A stretch of DNA of 64,000 nucleotides, taken from Alphaproteobacteria bacterium. Lineage in GTDB: Bacteria > Pseudomonadota > Alphaproteobacteria > Bin95. The stretch lies in the NCBI GenBank assembly GCA_964291285.2, contig OZ219786.1:224001-288000 (forward strand), in the 5' to 3' direction. Made by a program: the position numbers and the translations under genes. This document shows, in pieces, positions 39,222-48,608 of this stretch. Position 1 is the stretch's first letter. Every line of letters starts with the position of its first letter. Under the pieces are notes generated by a model that ran no database searches, had not been told where the DNA came from, and was given only the letters and a program-made list of their open reading frames with translations.

Positions 39222-42200
39222 CCGTCAGCTCCCTTTCCCGCCTGCATGTCGACAAGCCTGTCCGCAATGCCGCCGAGCACTTCCCTGACCGACGCCCGCG
39301 AGCGCGCGCCGCGCTCCTCGAGCGCCGCCACCGCATCGCGCACCCGCGCCTCGGCCGATCCCGCCGGGAAGGCGCGGGCAAGCACGCGCCGCGCTTCGGC
39401 CGGTCCGAGCCGCGCCTGGACCCGCCGGCGCAGCGCCGCGTCGATCGGGCGGGTGTTCAGCGACCAGAGTTCCTGCGGTCCCGGCGCATTGACCACGAGC
39501 TGCTCGATCCGCCCCCGTTCGCCTTCGGCCATGAGCAGCGCCGGCGCCCCGCCGGCGTCCGGCCCCCGAAGCTCGAAGCGCACCGTGTCGCGCAGCGTCT
39601 TCGAGAGCCCGAACACCTCCCCGAGCTCCGTCACCTCGCTCGCCTTGCTCCCGGAGCCCAGAACCCAGAACTGCGTCCCCAGGGTCACCAGCTCCCTGTC
39701 GAAATCCCCGAGGCTCTGGCTGGACAGCGCGAGCCGCACGCCGAGCTTCCTCGCCTCCCGGACGTCCCGCTCCACCTGGGCGCGCACCGCCGGCGCGCCG
39801 CCGGTCCTGTGGTATTCGTCGTAGCAGAGCCGCTTCGGCGTTTCCCTCATCTCCCGGCAGCGCTGCGCATGCCACTCCCGGTAGCGCTCCGGCACGCCGG
39901 CCAGGTCCTCCTCGGCCAGCCACCAGTCGCGCGTCAGCGCGTGCCTCGCCAGCATGTAGAACGCGGCCGCCTGCAGGTCCGCCTCCGGACTGCCCGTCGG
40001 CGCGACCTCGCCCAGGTCGATCGCCGACAGGCGCGCGTTGCCGATGTCGAAGGAGGTCTCCGCGAACATGTTCGGCCAGGCCGCGCTCAGGCCGGTGAGG
40101 ATCCTCCGGAACGCTCCTGTCACCGTCTCTCCGCCCGGGCCGTGGCGCACATCGCGGACGAGGCCCTGCACCGCCTCCGACTGCACCGCCGTCGTCAGCA
40201 GGGAAAAGGTCGGGACCGCATGACGCTGCGCGCGCACCGCCGCCTCCACCGCGCCCGCGTCGAACAGGGCGTCCACCACGTCCCACTGCAGCGTGTCCGG
40301 CCCGGTCGCGACGCCGTGAAGATCCACCGCCGCATCCACTTCTTCGTCCTCGCCGCGCTCGTAACGCTTCGCCTCGTTCAGCGAGCCCGTGTCCGAGCGC
40401 AGCTCGTACGCCTCCCGGATCGTCGCCCCGACGAGCTCGCGCATGCCGTCCGACATCCCCGCGCTTCCCGCCGGCGTCACCATCAGCGACAGCAGGTTCA
40501 CCAGGAATGCGCGCTCCACCGGCAGCGGGAACCGGCAGCCCAGCTGGGTGTCCATCGGGTTCACGGCATGGGCGGAGTCCATCCGCCAGCGCCAGCGGCC
40601 GGCCTCGTGGCGCCGGCCCGCCGGCAGCGCATCGCGGACCAGATCGACCAGCCCGGCCGCCGACGGCCCTATGTCCACCACCGCCTGCAGCGGCATGCGG
40701 GACTGGCCCCCCTGCAACGCGAACGCCAGCCCGAGCGTGTTCAGCAGCACGCTCTTGCCCCTGCCGGGAATGCCGAAGATCAGGTCGAACCCGTGCTCCG
40801 CGCCCTCGAACCCGAAGGGAAGCGCCTTGCCGTCGCGCGACACGAACATGTGCGAGACGGCGCCGCTGCCGCCGCTGCGCACGAGCGGCGCAGGCCGCGA
40901 CACCGGCAGCATCGCCAGCGCCTCCCCGAGCGGCGCCAGGCCGGCCGCGGCCGTCGATCCGCACGCGAATCCCGGAACCGACGCCGCCAGCGCCTCCAGC
41001 GGGTCGCCGGTGACCGGCGTCACGCCGATCTCTCCCCAGCCTTCGACGAGCTGCTGCAGGCGGCTCACCCGCCGCGCCAGCTCCTCCCGCCGGCTGTCCG
41101 GGAGACCCGCGCCCTCCACCCAGGTCAGGAACTGCACCCGCAGCCTGACCACCGCCCGGCCCGCCGCCGCATGCGCCGCCAGCCCCTCCGCGGCGTTCCG
41201 CACCGCCAGGCTGTCCGACGACGAAAAGGCCAGGAACGGGGCCGCCGCATGGCGCATCATCGCGCCCGCGCGCCGCATCCCCCCGCCTTCCAGCAGGAAG
41301 GCCACCCGGACCGGCAGGTTCCCGGCCGCCGCGAGCCGCTCCATCAGTTCCGAAAACGGCCTCGCCCGCCGCGGGCCGAGCTCCATGTCGAGCGGCGCCC
41401 AGATCCGCGATCCCAGCAGCACCGCGCTGCGGCCGAGGACCTCCGGCTCCCGCACCACGACCTGGGGCGCGAGCGGCGGCGGCCAGGCGCCGAGCTCCAC
41501 CGGCTCCGGATCGCGCGCCGGCGCCTCTCCGGCCGCCGTTGCGGGCTGCCATCCCTCGCCGACGCTCTCCGGCCCGGCCAGCCACCACCTGAGCGCCCTG
41601 ACCGCGTCGCCGGCATCCAGAACCCGCGACACGACGCCCGTCTCGTCCAGCACAGCCTGCACGGACTCGACAAACGCCAGGTGGCGCGCGCCCAGCACGC
41701 CCTCGGCCGCAAACGGACACTGCGATTCCTCATCGCCCGGCGCCCAGTCCTTCTTCCGCTCCCTGACCGCGCGCTTCTCCCTGCGCTCCCGGTCGCGCGC
41801 CAGAACCGCCGGACCGCTCCAGCAGGCAATCGTCAGGCGTTCCCCCGACAGTCGCGGCGACAGCCGCTCCACCCGCTCCGCGATCGTCGCCTCCAGGTCG
41901 ATCCCGAGACGCTCGCAGCTTCTCCGCTGCCGGTCGCCCGCGCGCTCGAGCAGCCGCCGCCCCTCCTCCGGCGCGCGCTCGAACACGACGTGCAGCGCAT
42001 GGCCCTTGCCGAGGAACGCCGTGTTCAGACGGCGCTCCACCGTCTCCACGAAGAGACCGAGCTCATCCTCGCCCATCATGCTGCGCGAGCCGTGGACATC
42101 GATGCAGGACGCCAGCGAGTTGTCGCTCCCGACCAGCACCCCGACCCCGTCCTGCCCGGCCGCCGCGCGGACCAGCATGAAGCTCTCCAGAGGCTTGCGC

Positions 42201-42262
42201 CGCTCCCGCCACCACCAGCGCAGCAGGTCTTCCAGGGCGTCTGCGGGACGGCGCCCGGCCAC
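39218..42262 (-). CDS. icmB: IcmB/DotO/TraU VirB4-like ATPase
   Basis: GIPGRGKS, VDIGPS, VNPMDTQLGCRFP, YDEYHRT, VREARK, LSSQ. Confidence 0.92.
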   Translation of the reverse strand: MAGRRPADALEDLLRWWWRERRKPLESFMLVRAAAGQDGVGVLVGSDNSLASCIDVHGSRSMMGEDELGLFVETVERRLNTAFLGKGHALHVVFERAPEEGRRLLERAGDRQRRSCERLGIDLEATIAERVERLSPRLSGERLTIACWSGPAVLARDRERREKRAVRERKKDWAPGDEESQCPFAAEGVLGARHLAFVESVQAVLDETGVVSRVLDAGDAVRALRWWLAGPESVGEGWQPATAAGEAPARDPEPVELGAWPPPLAPQVVVREPEVLGRSAVLLGSRIWAPLDMELGPRRARPFSELMERLAAAGNLPVRVAFLLEGGGMRRAGAMMRHAAAPFLAFSSSDSLAVRNAAEGLAAHAAAGRAVVRLRVQFLTWVEGAGLPDSRREELARRVSRLQQLVEGWGEIGVTPVTGDPLEALAASVPGFACGSTAAAGLAPLGEALAMLPVSRPAPLVRSGGSGAVSHMFVSRDGKALPFGFEGAEHGFDLIFGIPGRGKSVLLNTLGLAFALQGGQSRMPLQAVVDIGPSAAGLVDLVRDALPAGRRHEAGRWRWRMDSAHAVNPMDTQLGCRFPLPVERAFLVNLLSLMVTPAGSAGMSDGMRELVGATIREAYELRSDTGSLNEAKRYERGEDEEVDAAVDLHGVATGPDTLQWDVVDALFDAGAVEAAVRAQRHAVPTFSLLTTAVQSEAVQGLVRDVRHGPGGETVTGAFRRILTGLSAAWPNMFAETSFDIGNARLSAIDLGEVAPTGSPEADLQAAAFYMLARHALTRDWWLAEEDLAGVPERYREWHAQRCREMRETPKRLCYDEYHRTGGAPAVRAQVERDVREARKLGVRLALSSQSLGDFDRELVTLGTQFWVLGSGSKASEVTELGEVFGLSKTLRDTVRFELRGPDAGGAPALLMAEGERGRIEQLVVNAPGPQELWSLNTRPIDAALRRRVQARLGPAEARRVLARAFPAGSAEARVRDAVAALEERGARSRASVREVLGGIADRLVDMQAGKGADG

Positions 42263-42265
42263 GAT

Positions 42266-42643
42266 CTAGAACCTCGGCCTTTGAAGCGTCTGGTCCTGGT
42301 CGAGCTGGAAGCTCTCCACGGCCCGCTCCAGAAGCGTCGGACCCGCCGCCAGCGCGATCGCGACGATGAACACCACGACCGGGACCGTCAGCCCGCCGCG
42401 CTGCGGATTGTCGACATGGCCCTTCACCTTGAGCGCCGCATAGCCGAAGCAGAAGGCCGCCAGCAGGTAGAAGACCCAGGCCAGCAGGGTCATCAGCAGC
42501 CCCAGCTCCGTTTCGGCTGCCCTGCCCAGGTCGCTCAGCTTCTTCGCCTCCGCCGGCAACACGCCCGCCAGCAGCCCCGCCGCCGCGAACGCGGCAGCAG
42601 CAGGCCGCCGCCAGGCGTTTCTTCCTTTCCGGGCCGTCTTCAT
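42266..42643 (-). CDS. IcmD/DotP (TraR-like) pilin-like membrane protein
   Basis: Signal peptide, two TM helices, KGHVDNPQ motif. Confidence 0.65.
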   Translation of the reverse strand: MKTARKGRNAWRRPAAAAFAAAGLLAGVLPAEAKKLSDLGRAAETELGLLMTLLAWVFYLLAAFCFGYAALKVKGHVDNPQRGGLTVPVVVFIVAIALAAGPTLLERAVESFQLDQDQTLQRPRF

Positions 42644-42678
42644 CGGCCGTCTCCTTCCCTTTCGCGGAACCTCATGCG

Positions 42679-43035
42679 CTACCGGCCCCGCCATTCCGGC
42701 GGGCGCAGCAGCCCGGGCAACCGATCCCCCTCCAGCGCCAGGCCCGCCGCAACCGGCGCCGCTCCGAACGCCATGATCGCGCCCGGGCCGGCCCATGGGA
42801 CCTTTCGCCCGTCCAGGACCAGCCACAGCGCCCGCAGACCCCCTGCGCCCGCGAGCACCGCCCCCGGGACCCACAACAGCTTGACCGCAAGGACCGGCAT
42901 TGGCGGGCCGAGCCTCAGAAGCAGGTCCTGCGCCAGCGGCCCCCAAGGCTTCGCCCCTGCCGCCCCGGCGCCGGACGCCGCAAGCAGGACAGCCGCGCAT
43001 GCCCGCACCGCCAATCCGCGCGCCCGCGCCCTCAT
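42679..43035 (-). CDS. Small membrane protein
   Basis: Signal-like N-terminus and hydrophobic segments; ATGA overlap. Confidence 0.5.
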   Translation of the reverse strand: MRARARGLAVRACAAVLLAASGAGAAGAKPWGPLAQDLLLRLGPPMPVLAVKLLWVPGAVLAGAGGLRALWLVLDGRKVPWAGPGAIMAFGAAPVAAGLALEGDRLPGLLRPPEWRGR

Positions 43036-43565
43036 ATCGGCACCGCCTGTATGCCGAGCGTGTTCTGCAGCGCGCGCACGAGCCCGGCCATGTGCCAGCA
43101 CATCACCCCGCCCAGCAGGTAGCAGCCCGCCTGCGTCAGCGTTGCCTGCCCGCGCCCGTCCACCGCATGCTTCAGCACGAAGCATCCCCTGAGGAACGCG
43201 AACAGCCCGATCCATGCCGCGACCGCGAACGCCGCCTGCACCGCCGCGCCGAACCGCTGCCATTCTCCCGAAGCGGGCGGCATCCAGGCCATCGCCGACG
43301 CCGCCTCGCGGTCGGCCCCGAACACCGATTCCCCCGATGCCATCAGCACATCCGGCAACCGCACCAGAACCACCGCCAGCAGGAACACCAGCGCCGTTCC
43401 GGTCCCGGTCCCGGGCCAGTGCCCCCCGGCATGCCTGAGGACACGCAAACACCCGCCCATGAAGCAGAACGCGGCGAGCAGATAGCAGACGGCGCCCATC
43501 AGCATCCGGAGCGCGCCGTCCACGTCCTGCACCAGAGCCCGGAACGCCGCTTCGAGACCGTTCAT
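43032..43565 (-). CDS. IcmC/DotE (TraQ-like) membrane protein
   Basis: Four TM helices; IGLFAFLRG...LLGG...LQNTLG. Confidence 0.7.
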   Translation of the reverse strand: MNGLEAAFRALVQDVDGALRMLMGAVCYLLAAFCFMGGCLRVLRHAGGHWPGTGTGTALVFLLAVVLVRLPDVLMASGESVFGADREAASAMAWMPPASGEWQRFGAAVQAAFAVAAWIGLFAFLRGCFVLKHAVDGRGQATLTQAGCYLLGGVMCWHMAGLVRALQNTLGIQAVPI

Positions 43566-44764
43566 TGCCGCCCCCTCCGGCCGGGCGGTCCGGCGAACGC
43601 GCCCCGGCCGCCGTCGATCCGGGCGGCCGGACCGCCCCGCCGCGGGGACCCGGCCTCCCGCCCCGGGGCTTCGCCGTTCCGGCCCCGCTCCGGCGTCCCG
43701 GTTATGACCAGCACCAGCTCCGTATTCACCGGCACCCGAACCGTCGGCCCCTGCGGCAGCCCCTCGAGCAGCACCTCCCCGGCGCGCCTGGCCGCCGCCG
43801 CCGCGCCGGCGTAAACCTGCTGGCGGTGCGTCGGCGCCCCGCTCTCCACCGTCACCGTCTCTCCGGAAGCGCCCCTGGTGACAAGGCGCGCCGTCTGCGC
43901 CGCCGCCTCGAGGAAGCCGCCCGCAAACGCCACCGCCGACGGCAGCAGCACCCGGTCGAACCAGTGCCGGTCGACCTCGCCCGCAATGCCGTAGCACGCG
44001 CAGCCGGGGTCCACCGCCCAGCCTTCGATGTCCCGGCTCTCCCGGCCCACCGACAACCGGTCGATCCGGATCACCAGCCGGTCCCGCACCCGCTCGAACG
44101 CCCCGGTCGCCACCGCCCCGTCCAGGGGCGGCTCCAGGACCTCCAGGACGACGGGTCCCGGAAAGTCGCTGTTCGCCTCGTACAGCGCCCTCGCATAGAG
44201 GCCCGCGCCCGGCTTCAGCCCGGCCAGGACGGGCGGCAGGGGCGCGCCCCGCCCCTCGAAACCCGGGTCCGCGCCGGACTCCGGCTCCGCCTCCGCCGGA
44301 GCGCGTTCACGGGCCGCCCAGACCATCTTCGCCCGGGGCGCGGCGAGCACGTCCAGGAGCGCATCGAGGGGCGAGGCATCCCTGTCCCGGCTCCCGCCGC
44401 GCTCCGGCAGCCGCTCGCCCGGCCGCGCCGCCGCCGGCCGCTCCGCAGGAGGCGGCTCCGCCGCCGGCTCGGGTTCCTTCGGCCCGGGCGCCGCCGGCAT
44501 CACGGCCGGAGGCGGCCGGTCCGGGCGCGTCGGGCGGTCGAATGTCGGCGAGAAACTCTCTCCCCGTTCCATGGCCTCCTGCCTGCGCCCGGCATCGTCG
44601 CGCCCGATCGCCTCGCGAAAGGCATCCGTAACCGGCTTCTCCGGGTCGAAGACGACACCGCTGCCATCGCCCTCTGCCCATGCCGCAGACGTGAGCAGCA
44701 GCCAGGCCGCGAACCCCGGCGCCGCCCCGCGCCAGGCCCGGCGGCGCTCCCGCGCCGGCGCCAC
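43562..44764 (-). CDS. dotG: IcmE/DotG/TraO (VirB10-like) protein, short form
   Basis: Pro-rich linker, then LYARALYEANSDFPGPVV...GEVDRHWFDR...GPTVRV C-terminal domain. Confidence 0.8.
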   Translation of the reverse strand: MAPARERRRAWRGAAPGFAAWLLLTSAAWAEGDGSGVVFDPEKPVTDAFREAIGRDDAGRRQEAMERGESFSPTFDRPTRPDRPPPAVMPAAPGPKEPEPAAEPPPAERPAAARPGERLPERGGSRDRDASPLDALLDVLAAPRAKMVWAARERAPAEAEPESGADPGFEGRGAPLPPVLAGLKPGAGLYARALYEANSDFPGPVVLEVLEPPLDGAVATGAFERVRDRLVIRIDRLSVGRESRDIEGWAVDPGCACYGIAGEVDRHWFDRVLLPSAVAFAGGFLEAAAQTARLVTRGASGETVTVESGAPTHRQQVYAGAAAAARRAGEVLLEGLPQGPTVRVPVNTELVLVITGTPERGRNGEAPGREAGSPRRGGPAARIDGGRGAFAGPPGRRGRQ

Positions 44765-44793
44765 CGGCGGCGTTCCGCCGCCCCTGTTCCCGC

Positions 44794-45123
44794 TCAGCTC
44801 TCCGCCTCCGGGTTCACGGCCCGCTTCAGCACCGGCGACGGCACGAACCGCACCGCCTTCGACGGCGGCGCGGTTCTCCGCTCGCCCGTGCGCAGATCGC
44901 GGTATTTCCGCTCCCCGCTCTCAGCGACCACGAACGTCCCGAAGCCGCGCAGCACCACCCGGTCGCCGCCCGCGAGCCTGGCCGCGATCTCCCCGACCAC
45001 GGCCCCGACCGCCTGCGAAGCCTTCTCCCGCGGCAACCCGGCCTTCTCCCCGACCGCCTTCACGAGCGCCGTCCGTCCGGCCGCCGCCAGGGACCTTCTG
45101 CCCATCTCCGCCGTCCTCGCCAT
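44794..45123 (-). CDS. HU/IHF family DNA-binding protein
   Basis: GDRVVLRGFGTF...RDLRTGE...VRFVPSPVLKRAVN. Confidence 0.88.
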   Translation of the reverse strand: MARTAEMGRRSLAAAGRTALVKAVGEKAGLPREKASQAVGAVVGEIAARLAGGDRVVLRGFGTFVVAESGERKYRDLRTGERRTAPPSKAVRFVPSPVLKRAVNPEAES

Positions 45124-45124
45124 C

Positions 45125-46114
45125 TCAGTTCTCCCTGTCCGGCTGCGGCATCTCCGTGCGGTCGAGGAAGGACGCCCGCAGCTCGCGGCCCTCCACCGAA
45201 ACCATTGCGTAGGGCACGCCGGGCAGCCTGTAGGCCCAGCGTCCGGACGGGTCCCGCTCCGCCGCCCGCGCGCCCGGGGCGACCAGATACCCCCGCGTCA
45301 CCAGCAGCAGCTCCTCCCCGAGCCGCCAGGCCCGTCCGTCGATGCCTTCCACATCGAGCGGCCGGGCGCCCGCCGGCGCCGCGCCCGACAGCAGCCCGAG
45401 AAGCATGTCCGAGCCCGCATGAAACCCCGCCGCCGCGCCCGCATCGAGCGGATCGGCGTTCGGTCCGTCCTCCGGGAGGCGCACCGCCAGGCTGAAATCG
45501 ACCGCGCCGTCCCCCTCTGCCATCACCAGGATCAGCGGCTCCGCCAGCCCCTCCAGCATCACCGAGGCATTGCCGGTCAGCCACCGCGCATTCGGCTTCA
45601 GGTGAAGCAGGTGCCCGGCATCGGCCGGCGCTCCCTCGCCGCCCGCCGCCACGAAGTTCTCGTTCACCAGCGCGTGCGCGATCGGCCAGGGCGCGCCGGT
45701 CCGGTCGTAGAACCCGACCGACGTCACATAGTCGGCATGCACCGCGACCTCCTGGACCGCCCCCGCCCCGAGGCCGTCGAGGTCGATCCGCCGAACCCGC
45801 CCGGGCGGCGCCGCCCCGCGCGCCCGCGCCGCCGCCCTCTGCGTCTGCTCCAGCAGGCGGCCCAGCAGCGCGATCTGCTCCTGGGTAAAGGGAAGCCGCG
45901 TGCGGCCCGCCGCCGCGGCGTCCCCGTCCGGCATCGCATGCTCCGGCCAGACGTCCGCGTCCCGGTCCTGCCCGGAAGGGGGCGCCTGTCTCCCGGCAGG
46001 CGCCGGCGGCCCCGCCGCCTGCTGGCCCGCCGCCGGCGCCGCCCACGCCAACAGCCCCAGCACCGCCAGCACCGCCAGTTCGGCGCGTCCGCGCCCGATC
46101 CGCAACACTGTCAT
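45125..46114 (-). CDS. dotH: IcmK/DotH/TraN family protein
   Basis: Signal peptide; PFTQEQI, YVTSVGFYDRTGAPWPI, GNASVMLEGLAEP, GPNA. Confidence 0.88.
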   Translation of the reverse strand: MTVLRIGRGRAELAVLAVLGLLAWAAPAAGQQAAGPPAPAGRQAPPSGQDRDADVWPEHAMPDGDAAAAGRTRLPFTQEQIALLGRLLEQTQRAAARARGAAPPGRVRRIDLDGLGAGAVQEVAVHADYVTSVGFYDRTGAPWPIAHALVNENFVAAGGEGAPADAGHLLHLKPNARWLTGNASVMLEGLAEPLILVMAEGDGAVDFSLAVRLPEDGPNADPLDAGAAAGFHAGSDMLLGLLSGAAPAGARPLDVEGIDGRAWRLGEELLLVTRGYLVAPGARAAERDPSGRWAYRLPGVPYAMVSVEGRELRASFLDRTEMPQPDREN

Positions 46115-46740
46115 GGTCCCGCCGCTCCCCTCCTGCCCAGCAGAAAATCCGCGATCGCCAGCCCGGACATCCGCTCCGGGCGCGGCGCCCGCACGACCAG
46201 GAGGCGCGCCGCCAGCTTCGCATCCGCCCGCGCGCCCTCGCCGGCGTAGAAGGTCAGCAACAGCGGCACCTCGACCTCGTATCCGAAGCGCCCGCTTCCC
46301 ATCTTCCGCACCCGCATCACCACCGCCGCGCCCTGCGCCACGGCCGACACCACCTGCCGCTGCTTGCGCAGGCGCTCCAGCACCAGGCTGTCCTCGAGCA
46401 CCGCCCGGTAGCTCCCGAAACCGGCCGCGGTGAACCGGTCCCTCATCGCCTCGATGCGTCCTTCCCGGTCGTCGAAGCCGATATCGAGAGCCTGCGTCAC
46501 CGTGGCGACGGTCCAGGCCAGCATCGCGTCGATCGCGATGTCCGCTTCGGAATCCTCCGCCGCCCAGACCGCCTCCGGCTCGCCGCGGCCATCCATCGCG
46601 AACGCCGCGTGGGCCCTCTCCTGCCACTGCATCGCCGCCAGCAGTCCGCCGGCCGTCAGCGCCTGCGCGGCAACCGCCGCCAGGGTCAGGCCGGGCCATA
46701 TCCCGTGCCTGCGCATCCCCCGAGCCGACGCCGGCCTCAT
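46111..46740 (-). CDS. IcmL/DotI/TraM family protein (copy 2)
   Basis: LAWTVATVTQALDIGF...FTAAGFGSY...VVSAVAQGA...GLAI. Confidence 0.85.
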   Translation of the reverse strand: MRPASARGMRRHGIWPGLTLAAVAAQALTAGGLLAAMQWQERAHAAFAMDGRGEPEAVWAAEDSEADIAIDAMLAWTVATVTQALDIGFDDREGRIEAMRDRFTAAGFGSYRAVLEDSLVLERLRKQRQVVSAVAQGAAVVMRVRKMGSGRFGYEVEVPLLLTFYAGEGARADAKLAARLLVVRAPRPERMSGLAIADFLLGRRGAAGP

Positions 46741-47450
46741 CGCCGCAGTCCCTCCGCCCTCGAAAACCGGAACTGTTCGATCGCCAGGCCGGACAGCCGC
46801 TCGGTGCGCGCCATGCGCACCACGAGCGCCTCGGCAACCAGGTCCTCGACCACCCTCTCGTCCGCCCTGGCGTAGAAGGTCAGCGACATCGGGAACTTCA
46901 CCTGGTAACCCACGGCGCCGTCCGCGAATGTCCGGACCCGCTCCAGGACCGGCGCGCCCCGCGCCACGGCCGACACCACCTGGCCCAGCTCGCCGATCCG
47001 CTGGAACACCAGGCTGTCCTCCAGCACCCGCTGGTAGCTGTCGAACCCCTCGTCGGTGAAACGGTCCCGCACCCCCTCGATGCGCCCGCGATAGTCGTGG
47101 AAGCCCATGGTGAAGGCCTCGGTCACCGACCCCACCGTCCAGGTGAGCACCATGCCGATCTCCTCCTCGCCTTCGACCCCCGCCGCCGACACGATCGGCA
47201 GGGTGCGCCCCGACATGTCCGTGGCGACCGCGATGTAGACCGTGTCCCTGGACTCCATCCACGCCGCGAGCGCGCCGATCGTCAGCGTCTGGCCGACCAC
47301 CGCGGCGACCGCCACCCGGCGCCAGGCGCGGTGCTGGGCAATGTGGTAAGCCTGCGACCCCGACACGGCCGCCATGACCTCGCTCAGCCGCGAGCTGCCC
47401 GACGCACGCTCGCGCACCGATCCCGGGTCCCGGCGCCAGGGCAGCCTCAT
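46737..47450 (-). CDS. icmL: IcmL/DotI/TraM family protein (copy 1)
   Basis: LTWTVGSVTEAFTMGFHDY...FTDEGFDSY...GLAIEQF. Confidence 0.88.
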   Translation of the reverse strand: MRLPWRRDPGSVRERASGSSRLSEVMAAVSGSQAYHIAQHRAWRRVAVAAVVGQTLTIGALAAWMESRDTVYIAVATDMSGRTLPIVSAAGVEGEEEIGMVLTWTVGSVTEAFTMGFHDYRGRIEGVRDRFTDEGFDSYQRVLEDSLVFQRIGELGQVVSAVARGAPVLERVRTFADGAVGYQVKFPMSLTFYARADERVVEDLVAEALVVRMARTERLSGLAIEQFRFSRAEGLRR

Positions 47451-48316
47451 CGCGTGGCGCCTCCGGACCGGAAGCCCGGTTCCGGACGCCCCGCATGAAC
47501 CCGGATTGCGCCCGCGTCGTCCCGCCACGCAAGGAAGGGCACGACCTCCGCGCCGAATGCCCGCCAGAGCGCATGGTTCGCCTCCAGCCGGTCCGTCCCT
47601 TCCGCCGCCGCGGCAGCCGGGCCGGACCCGAACCATGCCAGCGCCGGGTTCCCGGCCGCCGCGATCCCCGCCGCCTGCGCGACCGAGTCCTCTCCCAGCA
47701 GCCCCACCGGCACCGCATGCAGGCGGAACTCCCCGTCGAGCGCCCGGCTCCCCTGTTCAGCCGCCGCCTGCCTCGACCAGGGGCAGGCGGGATCGATGAA
47801 CGCCACCACGTCCGGACCCCTCTCGCCCAGCGTGAACGCGGCCGCATCGAGCGCCCGCTCGAACAGCGCCTGCCGTCCCCCCTCCGGAGCCGCAGACCGC
47901 GACGCCAGCGCATACCCGGCCGCCGCCGCCCGGACCGCGTCTTCCACCGGCGAAGGCCCGGGCGCCGCCGCACCCGGGCGCGAGGCGCCGCCGACCGCCT
48001 CTGCGGCCGCTCCCGCCTTCGCCGCCGCCCGCAGCTGCCCGCCGGTCAGCTCCAGCCCGTCCGGGCCGTAAAGCAGGCCCGCCACGGCATGACCGTCCGG
48101 CGCCGCATAGACCGGGAACACGCTTCCGTCCGGCCGGCGCACCAGCCAGCCTTCCAGCAGGCCGGACCGCCCGAGCGGCACGAGCGCCGCCCCGGACCGC
48201 TCCAGCGCCGCCAGCACGGCCGGAAGCCGCTCTTCGGAATGCCCGAGCCTCAGCCCGCCCACGATCAGCAGCACCAGGAGCGCCGAAAACACCGCCACGC
48301 GCACGACCGCCCTCAT
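47447..48316 (-). CDS. DsbG/DsbC-like thioredoxin-fold protein (CPWS)
   Basis: VYAAPDGHAVAGLLY dimerisation segment; FIDPACPWS; VPVGLL; cis-Pro VVPF. Confidence 0.75.
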   Translation of the reverse strand: MRAVVRVAVFSALLVLLIVGGLRLGHSEERLPAVLAALERSGAALVPLGRSGLLEGWLVRRPDGSVFPVYAAPDGHAVAGLLYGPDGLELTGGQLRAAAKAGAAAEAVGGASRPGAAAPGPSPVEDAVRAAAAGYALASRSAAPEGGRQALFERALDAAAFTLGERGPDVVAFIDPACPWSRQAAAEQGSRALDGEFRLHAVPVGLLGEDSVAQAAGIAAAGNPALAWFGSGPAAAAAEGTDRLEANHALWRAFGAEVVPFLAWRDDAGAIRVHAGRPEPGFRSGGATR

Positions 48317-48317
48317 C

Positions 48318-48596
48318 TCAGCCCCGCCCGTAGTCCAGGAACCGCCGCATGCGCCGGCGGTGCAGCGCCCGGCGCTTCCCCGCGAGAGCCGCGCGCATCG
48401 CGCGGACCGCCGCCGGCGGCCGGTAGCCCCGCGCCTCCGCAGCCCTGAACGCCAGCCAGGCGAGCAGCACCGCGCCGCCCGTCCACCAGCCCGGCACGAA
48501 CACCGCCGCGACCGCCAACGGCAGCAGGCGCGCGTCGAACGGCCCCAGCCGAACCGGGCGCATCGAATCCCGCCACGCCCAGCCCTCTCCCTCCAT
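48318..48596 (-). CDS. icmT: IcmT/TraK family protein
   Basis: WRDSMRPVRLGPFDAR signature. Confidence 0.85.
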   Translation of the reverse strand: MEGEGWAWRDSMRPVRLGPFDARLLPLAVAAVFVPGWWTGGAVLLAWLAFRAAEARGYRPPAAVRAMRAALAGKRRALHRRRMRRFLDYGRG

Positions 48597-48608
48597 GAGC
48601 CCGCGCCC

